The notes: generated from the letters alone by a model not told the origin. A stretch of 64,000 nt of DNA from Cetorhinus maximus (GCF_964194155.1 NC_135899.1:34906001-34970000); one strand, 5' to 3'. Positions 30,110 through 42,275 are shown, counted from the stretch's first letter. Numbers and translations are program-made.

Positions 30110-30500
30110 AGATGCAGATTGAAGAGATCGACAGTGGTTTGCAAATCTGTTGCAGAGTGGACAATGACACTGCAGTCACCTGCAAACTGTAGATCATGTG
30201 TATCAATGGTGGTCAGTTTAGTTTTGGCACGGAGGTGACCGAGGTAAATGAGTTTCCCATTGAGATGGTATTTAATACTGACACCAGAGGGCAGTTGATC
30301 TTTGAGGAGGTGAATAGTCACTGTCAGGTCAATTGTAAATAGAATGGGGGCTATCACACAGCCTTGCTTGACACCAGTCTGGATTTTGAAGGCTTCTGTT
30401 CCAGATCTCCCACTCAAGACAGCTGCAGTCTATTATTATGAAGCAATTGCAAGATTGTGATGAAGTTTCTTAGACATCCAATCGTTGGAGCACAAAGCAG
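30110..30500 (-). mobile_element. RTE LINE RT fragment, paralog of 3840-4150
   Basis: ORF 30100-30417 AFKIQTGVKQGCVIAPILFTI...LQFAGDC. Confidence 0.85.
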
Positions 30501-30809
30501 AGATGATAGAAATATAGAAATGGTAGATGAGAAGCTGAAGCCTTTCTAACCACTGAGTATCTGATTGTCTTCTTGGTCAGAAGGAAAGTCAGTGAGTGAC
30601 TTGTACCTGACGCTGCACTGAATGGATGCTGAGTTTATACAGGAGCTTCTATACATTTTATTGTCTTCTTTTGGTGATCTGGTCAAAGGTTAAATTGGCC
30701 TTCTTGAAATGATTGGACTGATTATGGGAGAGGTTTGATGTAGACACTGCTGAGACAGACGGTACTTTGGAACAACAGCACTGGAGGGTAAACAGCAGAC
30801 AATTCTCAG

Positions 30810-31566
30810 TGTAATGGAAGCAGGTGACCCGGCTTCAAGTCCATATGGAGACATCGGTGTATAGCAAGAGAGCAGTAAGTGAAACAATCCTGGCACATGT
30901 CACACTGGGTTTGTCTCTTTGTGTGCGTTCATTGATGTTCCAGGAGGTCTGATAACTGTGTGAAGACTTTATCACAGAACTCACACCAGTAGAGTTTCTT
31001 CCCCATGTGTGTGTGTGTGTGTGTGTTGATGGACCAGGAGATACGCTGACTGTGTGAAAGCCTTGTCACATGCCTCACACCTGAATAGTTTCTCTTCTGT
31101 GTGAACCCACTGATGCTTCAGGAAGTTCAGGAGGAGAATTTCATCTTAAGTTCATACTTGAAGAGTCACTCCCATGTGTGGATGCTCTGATGGACTAAGA
31201 GGTCCGATGAGTTTGTCAAAACTTTGTCACATACCTAACACTTCAATGGTTTCTCCCCAGCATGAATGCGCCAGTGACACGTCAGGCACTATGATTGTGC
31301 GAGGTCCTCATTAAATGCCTGACACTTGTACAGCTGATCTCCATTGTATGGCTACCTGTAAGTCCATTGTGAATGCGAAAGTGTTACATGAATGTCACTC
31401 ACAGTGTGAAAGTTCAGTCATGCAGCTCACAGTTCAATGGTTTCTCCCCTGTGTGAATTGTCTGATGTATGAGGAAGGATGTTGACCTTGTGATGGGTTT
31501 GTCCCACATTTCACACATTAACATTGTTTCCTTAATGTGGACGCATCAGGGTTTCATGAGCATTGT
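30810..31566 (-). pseudogene. Decayed fingers downstream of the copy E stop codon (now 3' UTR)
   Basis: Degenerate finger and linker sequence continues in register with stops and a (GT)n expansion at ~31005-31026; ends PGHLLPLH like copy A. Confidence 0.8.
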
Positions 31567-32544
31567 TTACTGTGTGAAGGCTCGGTCACACACCTCATGT
31601 TTGAATGACTGCACCACTGCGTGGATTCGACGGTGATTTAACAAGCCTGATAACTGTGCATAGCCCTCATTACACACCTCACATTTGAATGGTTTCTCCC
31701 CAGTGTGAATGCGTTGGTGCACACGGAAGTTTGATGAGTCTGAGAATGATTTGTCGCACACCTCACACTTGAATGGCTTCTCCCCAGTGTGGATGCGTTG
31801 GTGTACACGGAGGTTCGATGAGTCTGAGAATGATTTGTTGCAGACCTCACACTTGAACGGCTTCTCCCCAGTGTGAATACGTTGGTGTTGCAAAAGCATC
31901 GATGACCGTGTGAAGGCTCGGTCACACATCTCACACTTGAAGGGTTTCTCTCCTGTGTGAATCCACTGGTGCGTCAGGAGATCAGAGGATTGGGTGAAAC
32001 CCATCTCACAAACATCACATCTGAAAGGTTTCTCTCCTGTGTGAAACCTCTGGTGTATCAGGAGATTCGTAGATGTCGCAAAAGCTTTATTGCAAATCCA
32101 ACACTTGAAGTGTTTCTCCCCTGTGTGGATTGTCTGATGGACCTGGAGGCTCGACAACAGTCTGAATGATTTGTCACACACCTCACATTGGAACGGCTTC
32201 TCCCCTGTGTGAATGCGTTTGTGTCCACGAAGATTTGTTAAATGAGAGAATGATTTGTCACACACCTCGCAGGTAAATGGTTTCTCCCCTGTGTGAATGC
32301 GTTGGTGTGCACGGAGGTTTGATGACTGTGAGAATGATTTCTTGCACACATCACAAACAAATGGTTTCTCCCCTGTGTGAATGCGTCGATGTGCACGGAG
32401 ATTTGTTAAATGTGAGAAGGATTTGTTACACACCTCACATGTGAATGGCTTCTCCCCGGTGTGAATGCGATGGTGTTGCAATAGTGTGGATGACTGTGTG
32501 AAAGCTAGATCACACACCTCACACTTGAATGGTTTGTTTGCCAT
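31567..32544 (-). CDS. C2H2 zinc-finger protein, copy E (325 aa, 11 complete fingers)
   Basis: Open [14 protein letters not shown]...; acceptor at 32985; stop falls inside finger 12. Confidence 0.92.
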   Translation of the reverse strand: MANKPFKCEVCDLAFTQSSTLLQHHRIHTGEKPFTCEVCNKSFSHLTNLRAHRRIHTGEKPFVCDVCKKSFSQSSNLRAHQRIHTGEKPFTCEVCDKSFSHLTNLRGHKRIHTGEKPFQCEVCDKSFRLLSSLQVHQTIHTGEKHFKCWICNKAFATSTNLLIHQRFHTGEKPFRCDVCEMGFTQSSDLLTHQWIHTGEKPFKCEMCDRAFTRSSMLLQHQRIHTGEKPFKCEVCNKSFSDSSNLRVHQRIHTGEKPFKCEVCDKSFSDSSNFRVHQRIHTGEKPFKCEVCNEGYAQLSGLLNHRRIHAVVQSFKHEVCDRAFTQ

Positions 32545-35132
32545 TAAGCTGTGGCAGTGTTTTAGGAGATCTTATGAGTCTGTGGAGCGCTCCTCACACT
32601 TGAACAGCCTCTCACCTGTAGGAATGAGTCAGAGGTTCATGAGGCTTGATGAATGATTGGAGCCCTCACCACAGTTGGAGTCACTCACACTTCTTCCCAG
32701 CCTCACCCTGACAGAGCACCCACAGCCAAACCTTCGGAAAGGTTGGTTCTGATGAAAGGTTCCACACTACTGACCAGTTTCAGATCTGATGATATGTCAA
32801 AACTCCCATGACCCGACCGATTTCCAGATGATGGTTTCACTGCCCAACCATCTCTGTGTTGAGCAATGCCGTGAAGGGACTGGATGACTTCCCACAGTTG
32901 TGCAGTTGTTCCTTGGGTGATGGACAGGATCTATCTGTGTGTCTATCCTCTCTGTATTCTCTGGTGTAGTAGGGTGCAATCCTTCTGTAAAACAGGAAAA
33001 GGAAACATTATTTCCTCCATCTCCCTCTCTTCCTTTGCTGAAGGGGCTGACTCCTCAGTTAGAGACTGTTCCACAGTGAGTGCCAGTCTGCTATACCCCT
33101 GTGTGGGGGACCAGATACAAGTCCTTTCTTTTTCCTCGCTTGACTGTCACACACTCTGTTTCCAGCAGGGACATTGGATAGTGACCAGGAGCAGACAACA
33201 AGGCTACTTTCTTTCCTCCACCCAGCCCCCATCTTCCCAGGCACCATGAAGGCAATGGAAAAGACAGTCAGGTAGAGTGTAAAACGGGCTATCAATTCAC
33301 TATAAGCTTGAGTCATGCTGTTGAAGAGCAGTTTTACAGTGTGTGTTTAATATACAAAAAAAACTCAGGATAAATGTTAACTTTGAAATTTCTCCTCTTG
33401 TTAACCAAAATTATTTGAAGAAAACAGACTGGGCAGGAAGTGCTAGAAGCTAAGGAAAATATTGCTTCAGTGTCGCTGATTGAAGGGTTCTGGTTTATCC
33501 TGGGAAATTAGATACACTGCAATCGCTCAGACTGCACATTCCAAATTCAGCTGTCAGCCACAGCACTGGTCAAAACTATCAAATCAAACCCAGGCTTTTG
33601 GGAAAGGCCGAGGCCTTCAGGTAAAATCTTTAAAGAAGGCATTAAAAAACATTTCAACAAATGTGTCTCCAGGTACAGCAGCCAAATTGCTATGGTGCTG
33701 GATTAACAATCCAGAGATTGAGAGTTAAAATCCAACCACGAAAAGTTATATACATAGAATTACAGTTCAGAAACAGGCCATTCGGCCCAGTTGGTCCAGG
33801 CTGGTGTTTATGCTTCACATAAGTCTCCTCTCATCCCTCTTCATCTCATCCTAAAGCATATCCTTCTGTTCATTTCTTCATCATGCGCTTATCTAGTTTT
33901 CCCTTAAAGGTATCTATGCTATTCACTTCAACCATGCCATGTTGTGAAACTGAATTTGATAAACTTTGGAATTTGTGCAATAGAATCAAAAGAAACATAT
34001 GAAAACTTAAAGGGGTTGTCTTAAAAACACAAACATTGTCCTTCAGGGAAGGGAACCTGCTACAACTGCCTGGTCTGGTCTGCACACAACATGGTTGACT
34101 TTGAACTGCCCTCTGAAGTAGCCTAGCAAACAATGATAAACATTCACCACAAAGTCCAATAATGAGGAAAGTCAGATAGATCTGGACAATCCTGGAATTT
34201 TGTCAGAATAAGATTAAGGTGATCTCAGCCCAATGAAATCTGTAAAGTCTCTCTTACTCAGGTCTGAGGACAAATACCCAAGTGAGGAGAGCTGCCCCAC
34301 AGACTGGTCAAGTAGCAGTGATACTCACTGAATCGTATCAATCTGGAAACATCCCAGACTCCTCCGTCACCATCCCTGGGTATCTCCCATCCCACTGGTA
34401 GGTGGGGAAGTCTCCATGGAGTCTCATGGCTTCAGGTCAAACAAGTTCAAGGAAAACTACCTCTCCCCTCCCAACTGATGAATGAGTACTTCACCATGTT
34501 AATCATCACTTGGGAAGTAGACTAAGGACAGATCCCAAAACCGGGTATTCATGAGGTGCAGTGAGCCATGAGCAGCAGCAGGATTGTATTCCACCACAAT
34601 ATCACAGCCCGGCACAGCTCTCATTCCATGCTTATCATCAAACAAGTCAGGAGCAGCACTGGGTATAGTTTAGAGTCCAGGTTTGAACCTACTGAAGGTT
34701 AACGCAAAAGCAAATCCTTTAACTGTAACCTCTCGTTGTCGACAGTTCTGACAATGGAAACAGTTTCTCTTTATTTACTCTGTCTAAACCCTTCATGATT
34801 TTAAAATTTCTAACAAATCCCCTCTTACCCTTTTCTGCTCTAAGGGAAACAATCCCAGCTTCTCCAATCTATCCACGTAACTGTAATCCCTCAATCCTGG
34901 AACCATTCTAGCAAATCTCTTTTGTACCATCTCCATAATTCAGAGATAGGGCGGTGGGAGTTCTTGGAGGGATTTGAAAAGACAGAAAACATCCAGATCC
35001 CAACACACAGACAGAACTGACCATTCACAGTCCACAGGATAATAACCAGTTCCCAAAAGATACAGAACTCAACAATAGGAAATCAGTAAGAATCCTCAGA
35101 CACTCTGCACCTCCCAGATAATTACACCTCAC

Positions 35133-35171
35133 CTTCTCATATTCAGTGAAGACTCATCCACAAAACTCAGC
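35133..35171 (-). other. Putative 39-nt micro-exon of copy E
   Basis: TTTACAG|GCTGAG...GAGAAG|GTGAGG on the minus strand. Confidence 0.7.
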
Positions 35172-35401
35172 CTGTAAATCAGAAGGGAAATGCTTCCAAT
35201 AAACACACTCAATATCCAACACACAGCTCCAGGCAAACAGTTCAGCACAAAGCACCGAGTAAACAGCTCTCTCAGCTGGATCTTCTCACACAGCATAAGG
35301 GGCATTTCCACACCTGATTCCCCACAGGATAGTCAGGCTGCCTGAAGATTAGTGTGGATATTATGTGATGTAATTATTATAAATTCTGTTCTTTCACTCA
35401 C

Positions 35402-35530
35402 CATCTCCTCACTTGGTTTTCAGTCCCTACAGGAAGTGAAGCAGGAAGAGGAAGAGGAGAGAATGGGCAGAGTGGGTGGGCTCTCTGATTGACGTCTCTC
35501 ACAGCCAATCCAAATATTTCTGGAGTAACC
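35402..35530 (-). promoter_or_regulatory. Promoter and exon 1 of copy E
   Basis: CCAAT, TGACGTC and CAGGAAGTG; donor GAGATG|GTGAGT at 35402/35401. Confidence 0.7.
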
Positions 35531-36189
35531 TGAGTTTCCTGAAGCTTGGGAAACTGACCAGTGAAACGGAGGTGACTTTGAGCAGCATATCAGGTGGGGA
35601 TTTAAACTTGTTATTGTCCCATCTGAATAAAACCTCACTTATTGCAGCTGCTGTCTCAGTTCCCCTGGTAAATGTTTGACAGAGATTTCTAGTGTGGGAA
35701 TAGCATTCTTCACCCTCAAAGGCTTTCAAACTGACAACATCAGTGTGGGATGTGTAGCCTTGGACGTGTTTGACAGCAGATCTGAAGAGGAAGACCCACA
35801 GCATCCAAGGTAGTGATGATGCGCAGTGGTGGGATCAGCACCTACACAGGAGCGAGGGAGACAGGAGAGAGAGAGGCACAGGAGAGAGGGACACAAGAGA
35901 GGGGGCTTGGGAAGGAGGGACAGAGAATAGAGATTTGGAGAGCAGATTGAGCCAGTGCTTGGAGAGTGATTCTGGGAATCAAGGAGTGCCTCTCTGGTTT
36001 AGAATTGACTCTGTGCTCAGAGAGTGACTCTATGCTCAGGGTGTAACCTGTGCTTTGGGAGTGACTGTAACTTGGAGATTGACTCCAGGATTACCAACAC
36101 TGGGAAAATAAGGGACTTGCAGAACATAGGACTCGTGGAGGGTGGATCGCTACTGGAGTGATAAAAGGAAGAGCCACTCAAAATCCAAA

Positions 36190-36232
36190 CTAGTCTCTGA
36201 TGAAAGGTCATCTTGAGCTGAAATGTTAACTG
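36190..36232 (+). ncRNA. Hammerhead-like motif in an isolated Penelope tail
   Basis: CTGATGA-AAGGTCATCTTGAGCT-GAAA-TGTTAACT followed by the CACAGATGCTGCCTGACCTGCTGA PLE tail. Confidence 0.55.
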
Positions 36233-36299
36233 CTTCTCTGCACAGATGCTGCCTGACCTGCTGAATATTTACAGCATTTTTAGTTTTGATTCTACTTTT

Positions 36300-36910
36300 T
36301 AAAACACAGAAACAGACCATTCGGCCCGACTGCTTTCTACCGATGCTTATTGTCCACGTGAGCTTTCTCCCTACATATTTTAACTCACCCTATCAGCAGA
36401 TCCTTGTACTCCTTTCTCCCTCATTTCTTACCTGGCTTCGCATCAAATTCATTGAAACAATTTGCCTCAACCATTCCCTGTGGTGGCAAGTTCCACATTC
36501 TAACCCAGTTGGAATCATCTATTTGTGATTGGGGTCCATTTTTCAATGAATAGAACTGAAAAGCAAAGAAGTTATGTTGAACTTGTATAGACCCTTGGCT
36601 AGACCACATGTGGAGAGGTGTCCACAGCTCTGATCTCCAGATTGATAAAGGACATAAAGGAACTGGAAAAGGTGCAAAAACATTTATAGGAATGACATTG
36701 AGAATTGAGAGATTGTAACTGTCAAGAAAGACTGAACAGGCTGACACTCATTTCCCTTGAAAAGAGAAGGCTGAGGGGTGACAAAGAGAAATTATAGCAC
36801 ATGTTCCCACTTGTGTGGGGAGTCCAAAACCAGGGGTCAGAAAAAAGATGATCAATAATAAATCCAATGAGGAATTCAGGAGAAACTTCATCACCAAGAG
36901 AATGATTAGA
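36300..36910. mobile_element. Decayed CR1 fragments in both orientations
   Basis: Minus NWVRMWNLPPQGMVEA; plus EVMLNLY..LARPH..; AGGAGAAACTTC motif. Confidence 0.65.
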
Positions 36911-37174
36911 ACGTAACCCAGTCGGAGCTATCCGTTTGCAATTTAAATCACATTTTCAAATGGTTCCCAGTGCAGGGCAATTACCCATAAGAAAATATTG
37001 GAAGAATTAAAACCACTTCAAACTTCTAGGTAACTATTCTACAGACCGAGACTGATCCCCATTCTCCCATTGCTGACTCTCCCAACACCCCCGAACGCCC
37101 AAGGGATGCTCCCCCCGCCCCGCATGCATCAGACTACTTCCACCCCCTGGGCAGCTCTTCCACCCCCCTGCTCC

Positions 37175-38770
37175 CCTCCAGGCGACTCTCCCCCCCCCAG
37201 GCGACTCTTCCCTCCTTCCCTCCAGGCGACTCTCCCCATCTCCCCTCCAGGCGACTCTCCCCTCCTCCCCCGCAGGCGACTCTCCCCATCTCCCCTCCAG
37301 GCGACTCTCCCCTCCTCCCCCGCAGGCGACTCTCCCCCCTCTCCCCCGCAGGTGACTCTCCCCCCCCCAGGCGACTCTTCCCCCTCCCCCCAAGCGACTC
37401 TCCACCCCCAGGCGACTCTCCCCTCCAGGCGACTCTTCCCCCCCTCCTCCCCTCCAGGCGACTCTTCCCCCCTCCAGGCGACTCTTCCCCCCTCCTCCCC
37501 TCCAGGCGACTCTTCCCCCCCCTCCTCCCCCAAAGAGACTCTCTCCCCCCTCCCCCCCCAGGCGACCCTCCCCCCAGGCGACTCTCCCTTCCCCCCCCTC
37601 CTCCCCCCCTCCTCCCTCCCCTCCTCCCTCCCCCCCCTCCCTCCCCTCCCCTCTCCCCCCTCCTCCTCCCTCCTCCCCCCAAGCGACTCTCCCCCATCCC
37701 CCTCCCCCCACCAAGCGACTCTCCCCCCTCCGTCCCTCCCCTCCCCCCCCCGTGCCCCCTCCCCTCCCCCCTCTCCTCCCTCCCCCTCCCGACTCTCCCC
37801 TCCCCGACTCTCCCCCCTCCTCTCCCTCCCCTCCCCCCTCCTCTCCCTCCCTCCCTCACTCTCCCCCCTCCCTCCCTCACCCCCCCTCCCTCCCTCACTC
37901 TCCCCCCTCCCTCACTCTCCCCCTCCCCCTCCCCCCTCACTCTCCCCCCTCCCGTCCCCCTACTCTCCCCCCTCCCCTCCCCCCCTCACTCTCCCCATCC
38001 CCCCTACTCTCCCCCCTCCCCTCCCCCTCCCCTACTCTCCTCCCTCCCCTCCCCTACTCTCCTCCCTCCCCTCCCCTACTCTCCTCCCTCCCCTCCCCTA
38101 CTCTCCTCCCTCCCCTCCCCTACTCTCCTCCCTCCCCTCCCCTACTCTCCTCCATCCCCCTCCCTCCCCCCACCGCGACTCTCCCCCCTCCCTCCCCCGC
38201 GACTCTCCCCCTCCCTCCCCGCGACTCTCCCCCCTCCCTCCCACCCCGCGACTATCCCCCCTCCCTCCCACCCCGTGACTATCCCCCCTCCCTCCCACCC
38301 CACGACTCTCCCCCCTCCCTCCCCGCGACTCTCCCCCCTCCCTCCCCGCGACTCTCCCCCCTCCCTCCCACCCCGCGACTCTCCCCCCTCCCTCCCACCC
38401 CGCGACTCTCCCACCTCCCTCCCACCCCGCGACTCTCCCACCTCCCTCCCACCCCGCGACTCTCCCCCCTCCCTCCCACCCCGCGACTCTCCCCCCTCCC
38501 TCCCACCCCGCGACTCTCCCCCCTCCCTCCCACCCCGCGACTCTCCCCCCTCCCTCCCACCCCGCGACTCTCCCCCTCCTCCCACCCCGCGACTCTCCCT
38601 CCTCCCTCCCCCCGCGACTCTCCCCCCCGCGACTCTCCCCCCCCTCCCTCCCCCCGCGACTCTCCCCCCCCGCGACTCTCCCTCCTCCCTCCCACCCCGC
38701 GACTCTCCCCCCCCCTCCCCAGGTGACTCTCTCCCCCCCCCTCCCCCCAGGTGACTCTTCCTCCCACCCC
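37175..38770 (+). repeat. C-rich minisatellite (GCGACTCTCCCC core) with extreme strand skew
   Basis: Successive variants CCAGGCGACTCTCCC, CCCTACTCTCC and a 27-bp CCCCGCGACTCTCCCCCCTCCCTCCCA unit; G runs on the minus strand. Confidence 0.95.
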
Positions 38771-39419
38771 TCCCATGGGGATTCTTCCCCCTGACCTGCG
38801 CCTCCCACAGGGACTTATTCCACTGCCCCACACCCACCTCACAGGAACAGGCCAGGCCAGGCCCCAGGCCAGGTCCAACTGTTGACCTTTCCCCCAACAG
38901 CCGCCAGGCCCAACTGTCACCCCGACTCTCACAAGGCCTGACCCACTCCTTCCCCCTGCCCAGGCCTGACCTGCAACCTAACCCTGACACTCAGCCCCGC
39001 CCCCGTCTCAAGGCAAGGACCTGCACCCTGACCCGACACCACACCCAAAGCCCGAAAGTCAGAAGGTCGGGCAAGATAGGATCACCTGAATTTTGGGGTA
39101 AGAACTTGCAGCAGAGTGGCAATCCGACTCAATTGCCACTTTAGCAGAAGTAATGCCCAATGATTGATAAATCTGTAGTTCTGCCCTTGGAGAATTTGTG
39201 ACAAGCCCTTCAGCACCAGTAAGGGAGATGGATTCAAAACTGGGAGAGTCAAACTTTTATACTTTTACTCCACAGTCTGGAGAAAACAGTCTCTCACCAG
39301 TCACAGAAAACCAATGTAGTCCCATGTTATCCATTTAACCAAGTTGATGGGTGTCTGGGATGGGGAGGGGAAGGTGAGACGGATGAGTGGCGATGGATGG
39401 GGGAGTGAAGGATGGGGGT

Positions 39420-39845
39420 TAAACGGCTGCGGACCTGGTCCCCGCCGCCAGGGGCTGGGATTTACAGGTGCGCACCTCCAAGTCCAGCCCCGCCCACGTG
39501 ACAGCCGCCCGGTCTCGCGCTTTCTCAGATTCGAACTCCCGAACGCAGGGCGCCAACCGCTGCTGCGCGCGTCAGAACTACAACTCCCATCAGACATCGC
39601 AAGCTGTGTCGGGCCCATCCCGGGTTTCATATTGCCCCTTCTCAGTGCGCAGGCGCGGGGCCACATGCAGTATGGGTAATGTAGTTTCGACTGGATGATT
39701 ATGTAAAGAAAGAGCCGAGCCCTTCTCTGTGATTGGCTGAGCATTGTGATTGACATGTAAATTATGGCGAGGATTTCCCAATGATCCTGTCCCTGATTGG
39801 TTGTGAGAGACGTCAATCGAAGAGCCCACCCACTCTGCCCATTCT
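39420..39845. promoter_or_regulatory. CpG-island promoter of ZF gene F with two opposed ZNF143/THAP11-type motifs
   Basis: ACTACAACTCCCA 39577-39589 (+), ACTACATTACCCA 39673-39685 (-), NRF1-like TGCGCAGGCGC ~39646, ATTGG boxes ~39732 and ~39796, GACGTCA ~39809. Confidence 0.8.
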
Positions 39846-40123
39846 GGTAATAAACTTCTGCCTCGCTTAAATTCACTTTTCCCCAATCCGAGAGGTGTCA
39901 GCTGTGGCTCAGTTCATAGCACCCTCGCCTTTGAATCAGAGGGTTGTGGGTTCATGTCCCACTCCCGGAAACCAAGAACTGTGATTGTACTCGAAAGAGT
40001 TGCAATCTGTGACTGTTGGTAACTGAAAAGAGTTTCCCCAGTCCGAGAGGCTTATGAAGGGTAAACCGACAAGTAAATCCAGTCCGGGTTTTGTCTACTT
40101 TCTGTCCAACGGTGAAACATAGG
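39844..40123 (+). mobile_element. Insertion in exon 1 of F containing a tRNA-SINE head
   Basis: Absent in B, D and E; flanked by TGCCCATT (39836-39843 and 40124-40131); SINE head TGGCTCAGTT..GGTTCATGTCCC lies between 18-bp direct repeats at 39878-39895 and 40033-40050. Confidence 0.7.
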
Positions 40124-40175
40124 TGCCCATTTTCTCTCCTCTTCCTGCTCGGACTCAAAACCAACTCAGGACATG
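40124..40175 (+). other. 3' part of putative exon 1 of F ending in ATG|GT
   Basis: CAGGACATG|GTGAGT donor at 40175/40176. Confidence 0.7.
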
Positions 40176-40405
40176 GTGAGTGAAGGAGCACAATTTATAA
40201 TAATTACATCACATAATATCCACACTAATCTTCAGGCAGCCTGACTATCCTGTGGGGAATCAGGTCTGGAAATGCCCCTTATGCTGTGTGAGAACATCCA
40301 GCTGAGAGAGCTGTTTACTCGGTGCTTTGTGCTGAACTGTTTGCCTGGAGCTGTGTGTTGGATATTGAGTGTGTTTATTGGAAGCATTTCCCTTCTGATT
40401 TACAG

Positions 40406-40444
40406 GCTGACTTTTGTTGATGGCTCATTACTGAATATGAGAAG
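40406..40444 (+). other. Putative 39-nt micro-exon of F
   Basis: TTCCCTTCTGATTTACAG|GCTGAC...ATGAGAAG|GTGAGG. Confidence 0.72.
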
Positions 40445-40654
40445 GTGAGGTGTAATTATCTGGGAGGTGCAGAGTGTCTGAGGATTCTTACTGATTTCCT
40501 ATTGTTGAGTTCTGTGTGTGTGTGTTGGGAGCTGGTTATTATCCTGTGGACTGTGAATGGTCAGTTCTGTGTGTTTTGGGATCTGAATGTTTACTGTCTT
40601 TTCAAATCCCCCCCAGTCCTCCCACCCCCCCTATCACTGTAACCTCTCAATAGA

Positions 40655-40995
40655 GAAAAAGAAATACTTGCATTTATATAGAGCCTTTCATGACCACCAG
40701 ATGTCGCAAAGCTCTTTACAGCCAATGAAGTATTTTTGAAATGTGGTCACTGTTGTAATATAGGAAACGTGGCAGCCAAAGTGCACACAGCAAGCTCCCA
40801 CAAACAGCAATGTGATAATCTATTTTTAGTGGCGTTGATTGAGGGATTAATATTGGTCAGACTCCCCTGTTGTTCTTCAAATAGTGCCATGGGATCTTTT
40901 ACACCCATCTTTAGAGAGCAGAAGGGGCCTCGTTTGAGATCTCATCTAAAAGATGGGAGCTCTGACATTGCAGCACTGCCACACTCCTTTTGTGC
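40655..40995 (-). mobile_element. Deu-type SINE, paralog of 11760-12115
   Basis: Reverse complement match in the same intronic context as in copy B. Confidence 0.75.
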
Positions 40996-41173
40996 CGAAC
41001 TATTCAATGATTCTATGAAGGGTTCTCCATTACCATCCCTGGCTCTCCCTGTGTTGGTCAGGAATAGGGACGCTGTGCATAGGAAGAGGTGCAAGCTCCA
41101 CTCACAGGAGAGACCAGTGACGCCCTGCCTCACTCATCTGCTGCTGAGACCCTCACCCAGACCTTTGTAGGCT

Positions 41174-42034
41174 TCTCAGGAAGATATAATAATTTTCATA
41201 ATGTTATTGGAATTTATTGTGGAGTAGAATATTGGAGTCTGTTTGTGTGTGTGAGAGACTTAATTGAATTAGCGGCAGCTGGTCTGAAGGCTTTGATGTA
41301 TCAGAAGATAAGCTAGGTTTGAAATGTTAAGTAGGTAAACATGGGAGAAGTTTTAGAATGTGAGGTATAAAGGGAACATTTGCATTTTTAAATAAACCAA
41401 AGGAATAAAGGGGGGATGAAATTTTTCACCTAGCCAAGAGAGGTTAAGAAAGTGTGTTTATTTTTCCCAAAGATTACTGGTAAAATTGGTATTATGATAG
41501 ATTTTCATTATTAGAGATAGAGTTAAAATCCAAAGACAGTGCATTCAAAGGGGAAAATATGTATAAAGGAGAGGAGGCTGTGTGCAAGGGAAGGCATTCT
41601 AAGATATAACAAGTGTGTAAAGCCTCCAATATCTAAGCCTCAAGCTGCTGTCTACAAGGAACTGAAGCTGAGAAAAAACTCACTCTGAATTCGACTGTCC
41701 AGGGTATCCTGTTACTTTGCCTGGGTCTTTTAAGATCTATGTGTCTTAGTGTTGCCTTAACAGAGGTGTAACTGGGAGTTAGATTAATCAGTGGGGCTAG
41801 AAGTTATCATAGTAGTAATTTGTAAACCTATGTATGTGCTTAAAATCATTTTTTTTATTTAATAAAAGTTTAATTTAGTTTTTTAAGAAACCTATAAGAA
41901 TTGGTAGCCTTATTTTTACTGATTTCAAAGCCTGTATCTCGAAATAAGCACAAATTGCAAACGTTGTGGCAGCTGCTTCAAGTTTCCCTCTGGGATTTGG
42001 GCAGCTTGGCATTTACTATCTGTCTGCCATAACA
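41174..42034 (+). mobile_element. Solo LTR (~860 bp) inserted in the L2 fragment in intron 2 of F
   Basis: 5-bp TSD AGGCT at 41169-41173 and 42035-42039; ends ATAACA; starts TCTCAGG (possibly a mutated TG); AATAAA ~41861; empty site visible in copy B at ~11575. Confidence 0.8.
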
Positions 42035-42039
42035 AGGCT

Positions 42040-42275
42040 CTAAACTCACTGTTCCAATACTCTCCTGGCTGCTCTCACATCTTGCACTTTAAACTTGAGC
42101 TCCTCCAAAACTCTGCTGCGCATGTCCGAACTGGCACCAAGACCCATTCACCAATTCACCCCTGTGTTTGCTGATTGACATTGGCTCCTGGTCAAGCAAC
42201 ACCTTAATTTTAAAATTCCCATACTTGTTTTCAAATCACTCCATGGCCTTGTCTCTCCCTATCCCTGTAATCTCC
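42040..42275 (+). mobile_element. L2 LINE 3' fragment
   Basis: HWLLVKQHLNFKIPILVFKSLHGL motif; paralog of 11355-11575. Confidence 0.8.

Noticed and set aside
37034-38990. Long Pro-rich and Gly/Arg-rich ORFs (up to 402 aa)
   Set aside because: Open in many frames on both strands because the minisatellite lacks stop codons
39301-39876. 191-aa minus-strand ORF over the CpG island
   Set aside because: No recognisable domain; GC-rich promoter sequence with a non-ATG start
39895-39970. tRNA gene candidates (also at ~19090, ~19625 and ~22490)
   Set aside because: A and B boxes are present but there is no complete cloverleaf; they match SINE heads
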